This document shows, piece after piece, positions 45,576 to 55,706 of a stretch of 64,000 nucleotides of DNA. Within the stretch, counting starts at the first letter, position 1; each line of letters opens with the position of its first letter. The notes beneath the pieces were generated by a model. That model searched no databases, had not been told where the DNA came from, and saw nothing but the letters and a program-made list of their open reading frames with translations. Position numbers and translations under genes: made by a program. This DNA comes from Tetramitus jugosus (lineage: Eukaryota; Protista; Heterolobosea): positions 248,001 to 312,000 of the forward strand of contig OW569391.1 of assembly GCA_937625935.1 (NCBI GenBank), written 5' to 3'.

Positions 45576-46112
45576 ATGAAGACCTTTTTTATTTTATGCT
45601 TCATCTTTTCTCTGGTGGCAGTATCCATGGCTTACCTCGATATCAAGTGCGTCAAGTACGATGAGGCAAGCAATCCATTCTGTGCTGACACTTTTGCCAA
45701 GTACAATCTCTATGTATCCAGTCAAGCTTACCCTATCGACAAGCAAAAGGAGTACGATGGGAGAGCTGAGGAAAAGTATGACATCATGCATAACATTACT
45801 GCTGCAAGTCCACAGTGTAAAACTGCTCTCAAGGACATGATGTGCCTGTTCTATACCAACTACTGCCAAGGAAATCGATACATCATTCGACCATGTCGTT
45901 CTGTTTGCATTGTCGCCAACACTACATGTGCACCAGAAGTGTTTGACTCTTACTCTCCTGATAGAGTGGTTTCGTATTGTGCTTTTGAAGATGACTCTCA
46001 TTGTTTCGATGGTGAGAAGGTCATTGGTAACTCTAGTAGCTCAATTGTTGGTTTGAGCTTGTTCATGACTATGGTGTTTGTCATGACAACTGTGGTTGCT
46101 CTCATGTTCTAA
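45576..46112 (+). CDS. Frizzled-like cysteine-rich domain surface protein (signal peptide + GPI/TM tail)
   Basis: C..ALKDMMCLFYTNYC...PCRSVC..ANTTC; hydrophobic N- and C-termini. Confidence 0.75.
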   Translation: MKTFFILCFIFSLVAVSMAYLDIKCVKYDEASNPFCADTFAKYNLYVSSQAYPIDKQKEYDGRAEEKYDIMHNITAASPQCKTALKDMMCLFYTNYCQGNRYIIRPCRSVCIVANTTCAPEVFDSYSPDRVVSYCAFEDDSHCFDGEKVIGNSSSSIVGLSLFMTMVFVMTTVVALMF

Positions 46113-46313
46113 ACCGTTAGGAAAATAAACATCACCGTATCTCTCAGTTGCTGTTTGAGTCGCACGGCGATCAATTAATAAAGTGTAATCCCTCGTTCAA
46201 GTTGTGAACATCAAGTGTTGAAAACGTCTTGTTACCCCAATCACACGGTGTATGGAAACTATAATGCAGAGAATTTTCATATGTTGTTTTAGAATTTATT
46301 GTGCGTTCGCAAC

Positions 46314-46832
46314 TTACATGGAGAACATGACGGCAGCAACGATAGCAATGAATGACATGATCAAGCTAGCTTGGATGGATCCAGCTGCACCAGCATAACA
46401 ATTTTCATCGCTACTAGCACAGTAGTCAGTAACATTGACGGCACCAAAGAAACCGGTTGGGCACTTGGCTTCAGCAGCCTTACACAAGCTCAAGCAAGGG
46501 GGTTGAGGAGATTGAGTGCTAGGAGTAGTAGATCTATCAATGTAACAGTTTTGCAATTGGGTGAGGCACAAAACCTTTCCGTAGGCAGTCTTGCAAGCAG
46601 AGGAGACAGAGCTTCCATGGTTGGTTTCAGCAGATTCAAAGGTTGCCTTAGCATAGCCATCAGCACTTGTTTGAGTAGATTCGAAGCCAGACATGTCAGT
46701 GACAGCAAATTTGCTTGGGAATGCATTGACGCTCTTGCAGAATGGAGTGTAGGCAGTGTTAACGTAGACACAGGCTTGTGCACAGGCCAAAGTGACCAAA
46801 ATGAGTCCAAAGACAATGAATAGCTTGTTCAT
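46314..46832 (-). CDS. Frizzled-like CRD surface protein, paralog
   Basis: ACKTAYGKVLCLTQLQNC...PPCLSLCKAAEAKC; signal peptide and GPI-like tail. Confidence 0.75.
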   Translation of the reverse strand: MNKLFIVFGLILVTLACAQACVYVNTAYTPFCKSVNAFPSKFAVTDMSGFESTQTSADGYAKATFESAETNHGSSVSSACKTAYGKVLCLTQLQNCYIDRSTTPSTQSPQPPCLSLCKAAEAKCPTGFFGAVNVTDYCASSDENCYAGAAGSIQASLIMSFIAIVAAVMFSM

Positions 46833-47202
46833 GATTAATAATCTTGTGTTGTGTTGTAGTTTGTTGTGTTGTTGTAGAGTGTTGGTGTATGGACATAATG
46901 CATCGAATTTAAACCTTTGGTGGGCCCGCAAGAGTTCGCAGCCAACCCAAGTGAACATTTTCTTTGAGTGAAACGTTATTCCACCGTTTGTCTTTATATC
47001 GATTTTTTACCTTTTTGGTTGATGTTCCGAATGTCCGAGCGGAATCTCAACCTCTTTGAGATTGTAGTCGTTATCTGTTTGACAACATTGAATCAAAATC
47101 GTGTGAGAGTACGATAAAACTAACGACAGGATTCAACTGTCAGGTGCAGTTTTCTTTTTATGTTGTTGCCGCTTTTTTACGATTGAATGAAAACGACACA
47201 AC

Positions 47203-48548
47203 ATGAACATTTCTTTGCCTCAGATCCACCATGGTTCATCTTCTTCGAGTATGGTGAATGTTCATAAAATTCCATCGCCAACAAATCACATGTACATGTC
47301 TAAGGCGATGGACGACACAGTCTCATTCAAGAGCAGTAGATCCAACTTCTCGAGCCTTTACAGCGGCACTACTCGCCCCATTCATTCCCGAACGATGAAG
47401 TTGTTTAACATGAGACAAGAGAAGGGTATGTGCCACTTCAACGTGAAGAATGTTTTGGCAGGAACGCACTTGTGGCCAGCACTGATACACAACATTTTCG
47501 TTAAATAGAGCTGGCCAAACAGAAACTAATGAACGGAATGAAGAAAGAGAAGAGAGAAGAGTACAAGAACTTCTTTGTTCAGTTTGATTCCTTTCTTTTT
47601 GACAAGTGCGAACTGACTGACAATTTGTTCAGTCTTAGTATTTTGTACATTAGCGCACTGATTCACCATGAGAAGTGCATTCTCTCAAACGCCCTACAGT
47701 GAGTGCTTCCATTGTCTTGTCATGTCATCGAAATCGATGCTCTGATTCTAACTTGTTTTAACGAAAAGAAGCAATGAATTTTCAAGCCAAGAAGTGGAAC
47801 AATCCAAGGCGGAAGTAATTGAAAAGTTGATGGAGTTAAGTTTTTGCTATTCTCAAATACTACAGAGACATACGTTTAGAAGAGAAGGAATTCAAACATT
47901 TAGAGACACTGTATCAGAACAATTATTCTACGAGTGTTTGTATAAGATCGTGAACCTGATAGTACAGAATCAATTCGACAACCCAAAGCTCCAATCTATT
48001 ATAGAAGCTGAGATTGCTCGCTTGTTCAGAACTCAGTCTTTTTCGCTCACAAAGAATGACAGAAAAGAGATCAGATTGTTCATACCGTCTGAAAAGCTCT
48101 ACCACTTGAGACAAGAGATGGGTTTCAAACCTCCGTATGTATACATCATACTCTACTCTGTTTATCCGACTTCCATTAATCAACTCATCTTCTTTGTAGA
48201 GCAAAGAAATTCGTTAGAAGGAAGGTAAATAATGCTGTGAATTCTCGATCACCATTGATAATGAGCGTACTCCCGCCGTACAACAAATATTCTTATTCAA
48301 AAGACAAAGGTCTCGACAGAGGAATTGAGAACTTGCGCCTGCATATACCTCCTGATGTTCTGTTCAATCTGAACACCAAAACCGACAGTGCAAATGAAAG
48401 AGAAAGTGAAGCAAGTGGTGTTAATCTCACGATTCCAGTGAATCACCAGAAAGACAAGAGAGTGTCACCAAACCCTGAGGAAAACAACCATCCTCATCCA
48501 ACCTCATCCTCCCCAACCAAATCATTCAACTACCTACAATTAGACTAA
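47203..48548 (+). CDS. PPP1R36-like protein (multi-exon)
   Basis: EQLFYECLY...IEAEIARLFRTQSF and NSRSPLIMSVLP resemble recalled PPP1R36 blocks. Several short introns, the first 47426-47508. Confidence 0.55.
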
Positions 48549-48591
48549 TGAAATATGATACATTTATGAAACTTAGTACAAGCAATGAAAG

Positions 48592-49257
48592 CTATGGTGT
48601 CTCAGAGCTCAATACAACAGTTTTGACACTTGATACAATGTCATCCACACTAGCCATTGCACCCACTCCCTGATCACCACAAACTAACACTTTCGACACT
48701 GGTTCAATGATAGAAACATGCAAGTCACTCTGTAGTATATTCAATTGCTTGGCAGTGAACGGATGAGTCCACATGAGTGTGTTCATGGCAGGTGCCACAA
48801 TCCACGGTTTCATTCCAATGTCCCACGCCCTGCAAACACAAGTGACCAAATTGTCACAGATTCCATTTGCAATTTTAGCCAAACTGTTGGCATCCAACGG
48901 AGCAATCAACAACAGATCAGCCCACTTGCGTAGCTCAATGTGCGTAACGGGATCACCCTTTTGTTTCCAAACAGACCACTCATCCTCATCAGTAAAGCAT
49001 CTCACTCCATATTCTGTGACCAATCTGTCCACGTCAACAAAATTCTTAGCCCCTTGTGTCAGAGCAACCACAACAGACACTTTCTTGAGACTTGTGTCCA
49101 AGTGGAGCTCACGTGTGAATTGACTGACAAGTTCCTCCAGTTTGATCGCAGCAACAGATCCAGTGGCACAGATCAAGACTCGATAGAGTTGATCATTGGA
49201 AGCTTCTTGACGAAGTGCCAAAATGCACTGCTTTCGTTCGAGCAAGTACTCACTCAT
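48592..49257 (-). CDS. PPCDC: Phosphopantothenoylcysteine decarboxylase (HAL3-like flavoprotein)
   Basis: ATGSVAAIK, HIELRKWAD, APLDANSLAKIANGICDNL, APAMNTLMW.HP, LVCGDQGVGAM. Confidence 0.93.
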   Translation of the reverse strand: MSEYLLERKQCILALRQEASNDQLYRVLICATGSVAAIKLEELVSQFTRELHLDTSLKKVSVVVALTQGAKNFVDVDRLVTEYGVRCFTDEDEWSVWKQKGDPVTHIELRKWADLLLIAPLDANSLAKIANGICDNLVTCVCRAWDIGMKPWIVAPAMNTLMWTHPFTAKQLNILQSDLHVSIIEPVSKVLVCGDQGVGAMASVDDIVSSVKTVVLSSETP

Positions 49258-49402
49258 GCTCAATGTAGTCTTTGTTTTTTGTTCCGCAAATTTATTCGAA
49301 CTTCAACCAGTTGGAGCAACTACAAAATTTTATGTTCCAAAACAAAAGCCGGACAATTTTAACACATTGAAAAAATTTTTGATAATTTATTAGTTGCTTG
49401 TT

Positions 49403-51025
49403 TTATTTGTTGGCATCGAATGAATCACTTGATTCTTCCTTGTCTTCGTCCTCTTCATCCTTTCCTTCCTCTTGTTTTGGTTTCCCTTCTTCTTTGACAT
49501 CGTCCTTTGATGGTGCATCATACAAATCACTTGTAATGTTCGGAGGAACGACAATATCGGCCAAAGCAGCCTCATCGTCCGTAGCACTTACTCCAGTGGA
49601 ATCACTGCCTCCACCGACACTACCGCTCATCAATGGAGTGATCGTAGAGTCTCCTTCAGTGTTGGAAGGCTGAGTCTTGATATCAGCTACTGCTTGTTGG
49701 TTCGATGCGCGCTGCTGAGGTGCTTGATGTTGGGCCATGCTTGGTTGTCCGTGACCTTGCATCATCATTTGCATAGGGAACAGTTGGTTGAACTGGGCCA
49801 TTTGTGGACCTGGTTGATTGGTGTTAATGAATGGGAACAGAGGGAAACCGAGTGGGAATGGATTGTTGCCATCGAGATGCATAGATCCGTTCAACAACTC
49901 GGTTGGTAGCGTCCGTTGTTGTTGCTGAGAGTCAGTGACACTCATTGGTGAACCGACCACGTTGCCTGCACTCACATTGCCAGCGCTGGAACCAGATGAT
50001 CCAGTGTTGGCAGAAAATGGAGAGCCTGGTGTTTGACTGCTGGCAGTGGTTGGACTCATGTCATTTGAATCGTAGGATCCCATGCCGTTACCAGTCTTCA
50101 TTCTCTTCGTCTTTGGTCCTCTCTTTCTTCTCTGGACATAGTTGCAAGGAATTCCCTTTTGTTTGCATCGAGTGCACGGATTTGGATGATCACCATCACA
50201 CTTCTTGTGCAACTTGCTGCAGTACTCGCATGCCAACTTGTTAATCTTTCTCTTTTGAGGAACAGAGTTTGGAGTGCCTGCTTGACTGTTGACGCTGCCT
50301 GGTGTGTTGAGACCGGATTGAGAGGATTGAGTGTTGGGTGTGTTGGGAGTCATTGGTGTGCCTGGCATACCGGATGGATTGGCACTGGTTGGAGTGCCTG
50401 GTGGAACCACACCTGCATTGGCAGCATACTGATGATGCACGTGAGAGTGTGGATGACCGACTTGACCATGAGCTGCTTGTGGATGACCCAGTATGCCCAA
50501 TGTGGGGAACGTGTTGGAGTACATGCCTGCATTGGTAGGTACACCACCAGTGGCGGCAGCATTGGACATTGCGATTCGCTGAGCATGAGGTGACATGGGT
50601 TCCATCTTTGACAAGTAGTGACCAAATGGCATCATGAGTTGTTCGTTTGCTTGTTGTTGTTGTTGTTGATTAGGTGCGCCAGTGGCTGTCATGTTTGCAG
50701 TCATGTTGTACATTATGGCAGTGTTTGCGCCAGTGTTCGTTCCAGCAGAGACATTGCCTCCACCACCCATGTGCTGTTGAGTCAATTGATGATGCATCGT
50801 GGAGGATGCAGTGGTGCTTGATGGTTGTTGTTGCTGTGATGATGGTGTGGATGGTGATACCTGCTGTTGTTGTTGTTGTTGTGTTTGCTGTGGTTGACTA
50901 TTGTCAAATGATTGACTTGCAGCAGCATTGTTGTTGACAGGAGATGTAGAGGCGTTAGCTGGTAAAGGGCTAACAGAGGTTGGTGGTGTGGGAGATGGTT
51001 GCTGAGTGGCTGGTGATGAGCTCAT
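49403..51025 (-). CDS. Zn(II)2Cys6 binuclear-cluster transcription factor
   Basis: ACEYCSKLHKKCDGDHPNPCTRCKQKGIPCNY followed by RRKRGPK; Q-rich flanks. Confidence 0.9.
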   Translation of the reverse strand: MSSSPATQQPSPTPPTSVSPLPANASTSPVNNNAAASQSFDNSQPQQTQQQQQQQVSPSTPSSQQQQPSSTTASSTMHHQLTQQHMGGGGNVSAGTNTGANTAIMYNMTANMTATGAPNQQQQQQANEQLMMPFGHYLSKMEPMSPHAQRIAMSNAAATGGVPTNAGMYSNTFPTLGILGHPQAAHGQVGHPHSHVHHQYAANAGVVPPGTPTSANPSGMPGTPMTPNTPNTQSSQSGLNTPGSVNSQAGTPNSVPQKRKINKLACEYCSKLHKKCDGDHPNPCTRCKQKGIPCNYVQRRKRGPKTKRMKTGNGMGSYDSNDMSPTTASSQTPGSPFSANTGSSGSSAGNVSAGNVVGSPMSVTDSQQQQRTLPTELLNGSMHLDGNNPFPLGFPLFPFINTNQPGPQMAQFNQLFPMQMMMQGHGQPSMAQHQAPQQRASNQQAVADIKTQPSNTEGDSTITPLMSGSVGGGSDSTGVSATDDEAALADIVVPPNITSDLYDAPSKDDVKEEGKPKQEEGKDEEDEDKEESSDSFDANK

Positions 51026-51482
51026 TGTTTGATGCTTTTTGTAGATGGCTGTGAAAAGGGAAAAGCTTGTGTGTATGATTGCTAAAATGCACAGAAAATA
51101 ATGTTGGCTGAGAGTAGAGTTCAAGTAACACTCAACAGATCTGTAGAGCTTAAAAGTGTTTGGTTGATGCCTTTGGATGGATGGGTCCTTTGGTGGTGTA
51201 TTTGGATTGTGGTTCTGTTCTGCTGTGAGTTTCTGAGAAAATTATTTTTCGAGTCTATTATTCCTCCTCCTACGCTGCAGTTAGTCCTCTTGTCGTTGTT
51301 TCTTTTGTCGTTGTTTTTCAGTTATTCTCTCCGTCTGCTCTGTTTTTCCAACGGACTTTTCATCGCCGTTTTGCATCAACCGTTCAACAAAATTTTCCAT
51401 TACAACGAATTTTTGTAATGGAAATCTATTTGTCCGGCAGATTCACGAACCGGACTAATTATTAAGCATCTTTCTAATGTAA

Positions 51483-51554
51483 GGGACAATGGTCTAGTGG
51501 TATGATTCTCGCTTTGGGTGCGAGAGGTCCGGAGTTCGATTCTCCGTTGTCCCC
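51483..51554 (+). tRNA. trnP-TGG: tRNA-Pro(TGG)
   Basis: GGGACAA TGGTCTAGTGGTATGATT CTCGC TTTGGGT GCGAG AGGTC CGGAG TTCGATT CTCCG TTGTCCC C. Confidence 0.97.
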
Positions 51555-51703
51555 TGTTTTGCACTTTCCTGTTGCTTGTTCATCAAAAAGCAAATCAAAT
51601 GCGCTCTCATGTCGCCCCAAACGCTGGTGACACCCGTCATCAGACACCACAAAAACAACAACAACAACAACCACCATTACCACAACCCAAAAACAACAAT
51701 AAC

Positions 51704-52465
51704 ATGGTGTTCTTCTTTTCCTCCCTATCCCACAAACTCGCTCAATCCATTCAATCACTATTTCTCCTACTACTCTATTGGATGATTCGTCCATTTATGC
51801 TACTGTATCGAAAAATCACGGGAACGGATCAACTGGAACTCTCTCACAAATCACTGTTATCACCCCGAGAGAGACAAGAATTGGACAAGTGGCGACTAAG
51901 AAATTTACAATTGCTATCACCACCCATTTTGATATTGGATTTGGATGAGACGTTATTGCACAGTTCATTACAAGTTCCCGATCCACAATTTGCTCACTTG
52001 TATCAATACAGTATCAATGTGTATATTGATCATGTGCCCGTGACGTTTTATGTGAGCGAGCGGCCCTACTTGAAAAATTTTATGAAAAAAGTGTGTGATT
52101 GGTATCGCGTAGTGATTTTTACCGCCAGTGTGAGAAATTATGCCGATCCGGTGATTGATCGATTGTATTATTCCGATCGGATTGCAGGTCGATTTTTTAG
52201 AGAGTCTTGTTCGCAGTTTGAAGGCATGTTTATCAAGGATTTGACAACAGTTTGTGGTGATAATGGAGCAGAGGGATTGTCTCGTTGTATCATTATTGAT
52301 AATTCACCCATTTCTTACATGTGGAATCAAGAGAATGCAATTCCGTGTGAGTCATGGATGGCCGACAATGAGAATGATCAGGAATTGTTGAATTTGTTGC
52401 CGTTTTTGGAAGCGTTGCGATATACGAGCGATGTTCGAAATGTGTTGCGATTGCGATTGTCTTAG
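51704..52465 (+). CDS. CTDNEP1/Dullard/Nem1-like FCP/SCP phosphatase
   Basis: DLDETLLHS, ERPYL, FTAS..YADPVID, IIIDNSP; hydrophobic N-terminus. Start chosen at the ATG in A-rich context. Confidence 0.85.
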   Translation: MVFFFSSLSHKLAQSIQSLFLLLLYWMIRPFMLLYRKITGTDQLELSHKSLLSPRERQELDKWRLRNLQLLSPPILILDLDETLLHSSLQVPDPQFAHLYQYSINVYIDHVPVTFYVSERPYLKNFMKKVCDWYRVVIFTASVRNYADPVIDRLYYSDRIAGRFFRESCSQFEGMFIKDLTTVCGDNGAEGLSRCIIIDNSPISYMWNQENAIPCESWMADNENDQELLNLLPFLEALRYTSDVRNVLRLRLS

Positions 52466-52767
52466 AGCAAGTTTTTGAATCGCGAAATGAATAACTTTAG
52501 AAACGACAGAAAGATGACAGTTATTTGCTATTTTGTTTGTGTGTGCCGTACGATTTGTTTATTTGGTCATACACACACAGAGGATAGAAATGTCATCATG
52601 ATCCACCGATTGTGCGCCGAAAATTGACTGTCAATTGGATGATTGCACAAATGGAAAAGCAAATGCATGCGACAACTACGCTGAATGTTATAATGGTACA
52701 ACGCAACTACAATCTTCATTTATTTGGGAGTTTGGTAGTGGTGTTTGCGTGGCAAAGAATCAATCGA

Positions 52768-53733
52768 TTACTTTGCTTCCTTTTGTTGCATATACTCTAC
52801 AAACTCGTCAATGGCACTTGGATAAGCTGTCATGGAGAGATCAAACGTTGCAAAGCTCTTGAATGTCGCATCTTTTGTAAATTCCAAAAATTGGCGCCAA
52901 GTGTCCGGTGTTATGCTATGCTTGAGTTCATTTTCCACAAATGTGCACCACTCATCAATGTACTTGTACTTGTTTTTCATGATGAGTTTCCATGTGGCCA
53001 CAGCAGACTCCAATCCCAATGATTTTTGATCTGGTTGCTTCATGTAACGGAAACAAAACATGTAAAAATCAATAAATTGATCATCGTCCTCATCCAACTC
53101 ATTCTTCAACTTTGGCAACTGTTTCTTCATCCTGCTTAGAGTTTCCATGCCCAAGTAGGCCATTCCCTGGATCCATTGCTCCTCTGAGATAAAGTAAGCT
53201 TGTGAGAGCTTCAACTTCCAGAACAAGACCAATAAATCAATCTGAGATCAACCCAATCCAAAAATCAAAACTGGTGTCAATCACAACAACAAAATGACAT
53301 AAAACAAGCAAACCACCATCATATAACAAAAAAAAACAGAGATACCTACCTGCATGGGATCAATGTTCACATCTTCAGCAAACTGCATAATTCCTTCACC
53401 TCCAATACCATTCTCCTCCGTTTCATCCAACTTTGCATACTTGGCAAACAGTGTTCTCAGTTCACCCACATCCACCTTTCTTACATTGGTCTTTTGTTCC
53501 TTGCGCTGAACATTTCTCTTGTATTTTGAGCTAGTGTTCACCTGTTTCATATCAGAGAATGAAATGTTATATGTTTGTCCGTTGCTGACAGTGACTGTTG
53601 TGGAGCCATTGGGATTCTTTTGATAGGCTTGTTCAATGGCATCTGATGTCTTTTGATCAAAGGCATTGTAGCCATAGTCTTCATAGCTCCAAGCGACGCT
53701 CTTGTCGCATACTTCAATCGTGTCTTTACCCAT
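52768..53733 (-). CDS. DCN1-like neddylation co-E3 (PONY/cullin-binding domain) with an N-terminal WWE domain
   Basis: WWE: WSYEDYGYNAFD...IEQAY...YNISFSDMKQVN...KRNVQR. PONY: IGGEGIMQFAEDV...FYMFCFRY...QKSL...DTWRQFLEF...AYPSAIDEFVEY. Intron 53349-53242. Confidence 0.85.
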
Positions 53734-54155
53734 TTGTATGTGATGTTGATACGATAACTTTGTTTGATCTGTTTTTTGTTTTTGCAATCTCTGATTTTTC
53801 TGCTTTGGAGGGATTATTGTGTGTCGAGAATTTTGAGGAAGTTTTGAGGAATGATGGTGATTTGTGTGTGATCATAAACGTTGTCGAAATAATTAATTCC
53901 TTTTACAAGTGATAACATGTACAAATGCTTTTGGGGTGGTAGTCAGCTGACGATCGCAACACCATGATGATATGTATAGTGGAGAAAAGAAGCACAACAG
54001 CTTGTGTTCGCACCACCACGAAGATGATGGTCCCCAGTTTTGGTGTGAGCCACAAGTCAGTCCTTCTTCTTCTTCATACAACCCTCTTCATGAAACGTTG
54101 TGCAATAATTATAATTGGTGTTTGTTTCTGAGGACGAAAAGTACAACTCACTCAG

Positions 54156-55706
54156 TTAGTTTGTTGGAGGATAGAACTGGGTCATTTGAAAGTTCTGTGG
54201 GCCATTGTCCAGCACGTGAGCTCTCATGTTGTCAGAAGGCATGCCTTGTGAAGTACCGTACTGTGTCTGTGATGATGGATATTGCTGGTACTGTTGACCT
54301 CCGTGTTGCTGGAATTGCTGAGTCATATTGTCCATCGAGCCATGTTGCATCTGTGGATTGTATGGCACTGGCGAGGAGTTGGACATTGATGGCAATTGTT
54401 GGTGCTGTGAGTGTGGAGCACCGTGTCCCTGTGGACCACCATAGTACGACTGTGGTGGTTGTTGTTGGTTATGCGATGGATGTATTCCGTATTGTTGTGT
54501 CTGAGACATTGGCATTCCGTGTTGTTGATGACCCTGTGGAGCGTGTCCACCACCCATGGATGACTGAGATGGGCTCATCATGTGCTGTGATGGTTGTTGT
54601 TGTTGAGGAGCCATTTGTTGGTGTGATTGTGGAGGTCCTTGTGGTGGCATCAGTTGTTGTTGCAACTGCTGTGGTTGATGCACTTGTTGCGGTGGTGCTT
54701 GTTGTGGTGGTGCATAGTTGGTCATATTCATTGTGCCCTTGACTTTGGCTGGTGGTTTGGTGTCGGGGATGTCATCATCATAGCCAGAGTCACCGCCACC
54801 ATTCACATAACCGTCGCCCATGGCCTGTGGACCTCCCATCATCATTCCAGACTCGTCTGGTCCTCCAATTTGAGAATCACCGACGGATCCACCTTGCATA
54901 TCAGGTGCATTCAAACATGCTTGAATCAAATTCTTACCCTCAGTCTTGGTAATGAGTGGTTGAAGCTTTGGAGTGGCAAATGTGTACACGTGACCAGTCT
55001 CTGATGCAACGAGCAACAATACCTGAGTGCCTGTCAGTGTAGACAACTCGTATGCCTTCTTCATGATACCAGCCTTTCTCTTACTGAACGTAATGTGTCT
55101 TCTGGACTTGTCCTTGATGAATTCAATGTTAATCTTCCTTCTGCCGGCTCGTTTTGGCTTTGATCCAGCGCCAGTGTTGATTGGTGATCCACCACCGTTG
55201 GATCCACCATCGCTCGACATGATCATACCCTGTTGACTCATCAATTGTTGACTGCTCTCTCCATCGTACATGTCCAATGATTGTTGCTGTTGTTGAGGTG
55301 GTCCAAGTGGTGATGAGAGATCATGAGAGCCACCAGTGTTGCCGCTCATCATCATCATATTCTGTTGACCACCCAATGGAGATGATGCATTGTTATTGTT
55401 GTTGCCACCATATCGATTCATGTGTTGTTGTTGTTGTTGCAAGTCGACTTGATGATCCATCACACCACCACCTGACGAAGGTGATTGTGGTGAAGTGTTG
55501 CTTGTCTCTGACTTGATGTTTGCATCTGAGTCAGCATTGGATGAAGGTGCTTGATCCTGTGAGAAATGATGATGTTGTGAATACTGTTGTTGTTGACCGT
55601 TGGGTGATGAGGAAGAAGGAGACAATTGTTGTTGTTGTTGCTGTACATTGTTGGGTGATGCAACACCTTGCTGTGTTGGTGAGGAAACTGAGGATTGATT
55701 TTCCAT
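54156..55706 (-). CDS. SRF: SRF/Mcm1-type MADS-box transcription factor
   Basis: GRRKINIEFIKDKSRRHITFSKRKAGIMKKAYELSTLTGTQVLLLVASETGHVYTFATPKLQP...IQACLN. Probable 5'UTR intron 56009-55716. Confidence 0.95.
   Translation of the reverse strand: MENQSSVSSPTQQGVASPNNVQQQQQQLSPSSSSPNGQQQQYSQHHHFSQDQAPSSNADSDANIKSETSNTSPQSPSSGGGVMDHQVDLQQQQQHMNRYGGNNNNNASSPLGGQQNMMMMSGNTGGSHDLSSPLGPPQQQQQSLDMYDGESSQQLMSQQGMIMSSDGGSNGGGSPINTGAGSKPKRAGRRKINIEFIKDKSRRHITFSKRKAGIMKKAYELSTLTGTQVLLLVASETGHVYTFATPKLQPLITKTEGKNLIQACLNAPDMQGGSVGDSQIGGPDESGMMMGGPQAMGDGYVNGGGDSGYDDDIPDTKPPAKVKGTMNMTNYAPPQQAPPQQVHQPQQLQQQLMPPQGPPQSHQQMAPQQQQPSQHMMSPSQSSMGGGHAPQGHQQHGMPMSQTQQYGIHPSHNQQQPPQSYYGGPQGHGAPHSQHQQLPSMSNSSPVPYNPQMQHGSMDNMTQQFQQHGGQQYQQYPSSQTQYGTSQGMPSDNMRAHVLDNGPQNFQMTQFYPPTN

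Noticed and set aside
51474-51794. ORF 51474..51794(-) and the upstream extension of ORF 51518..
   Set aside because: Both overlap tRNA-Pro and a CAA-rich 5' leader, with non-ATG or implausible starts.
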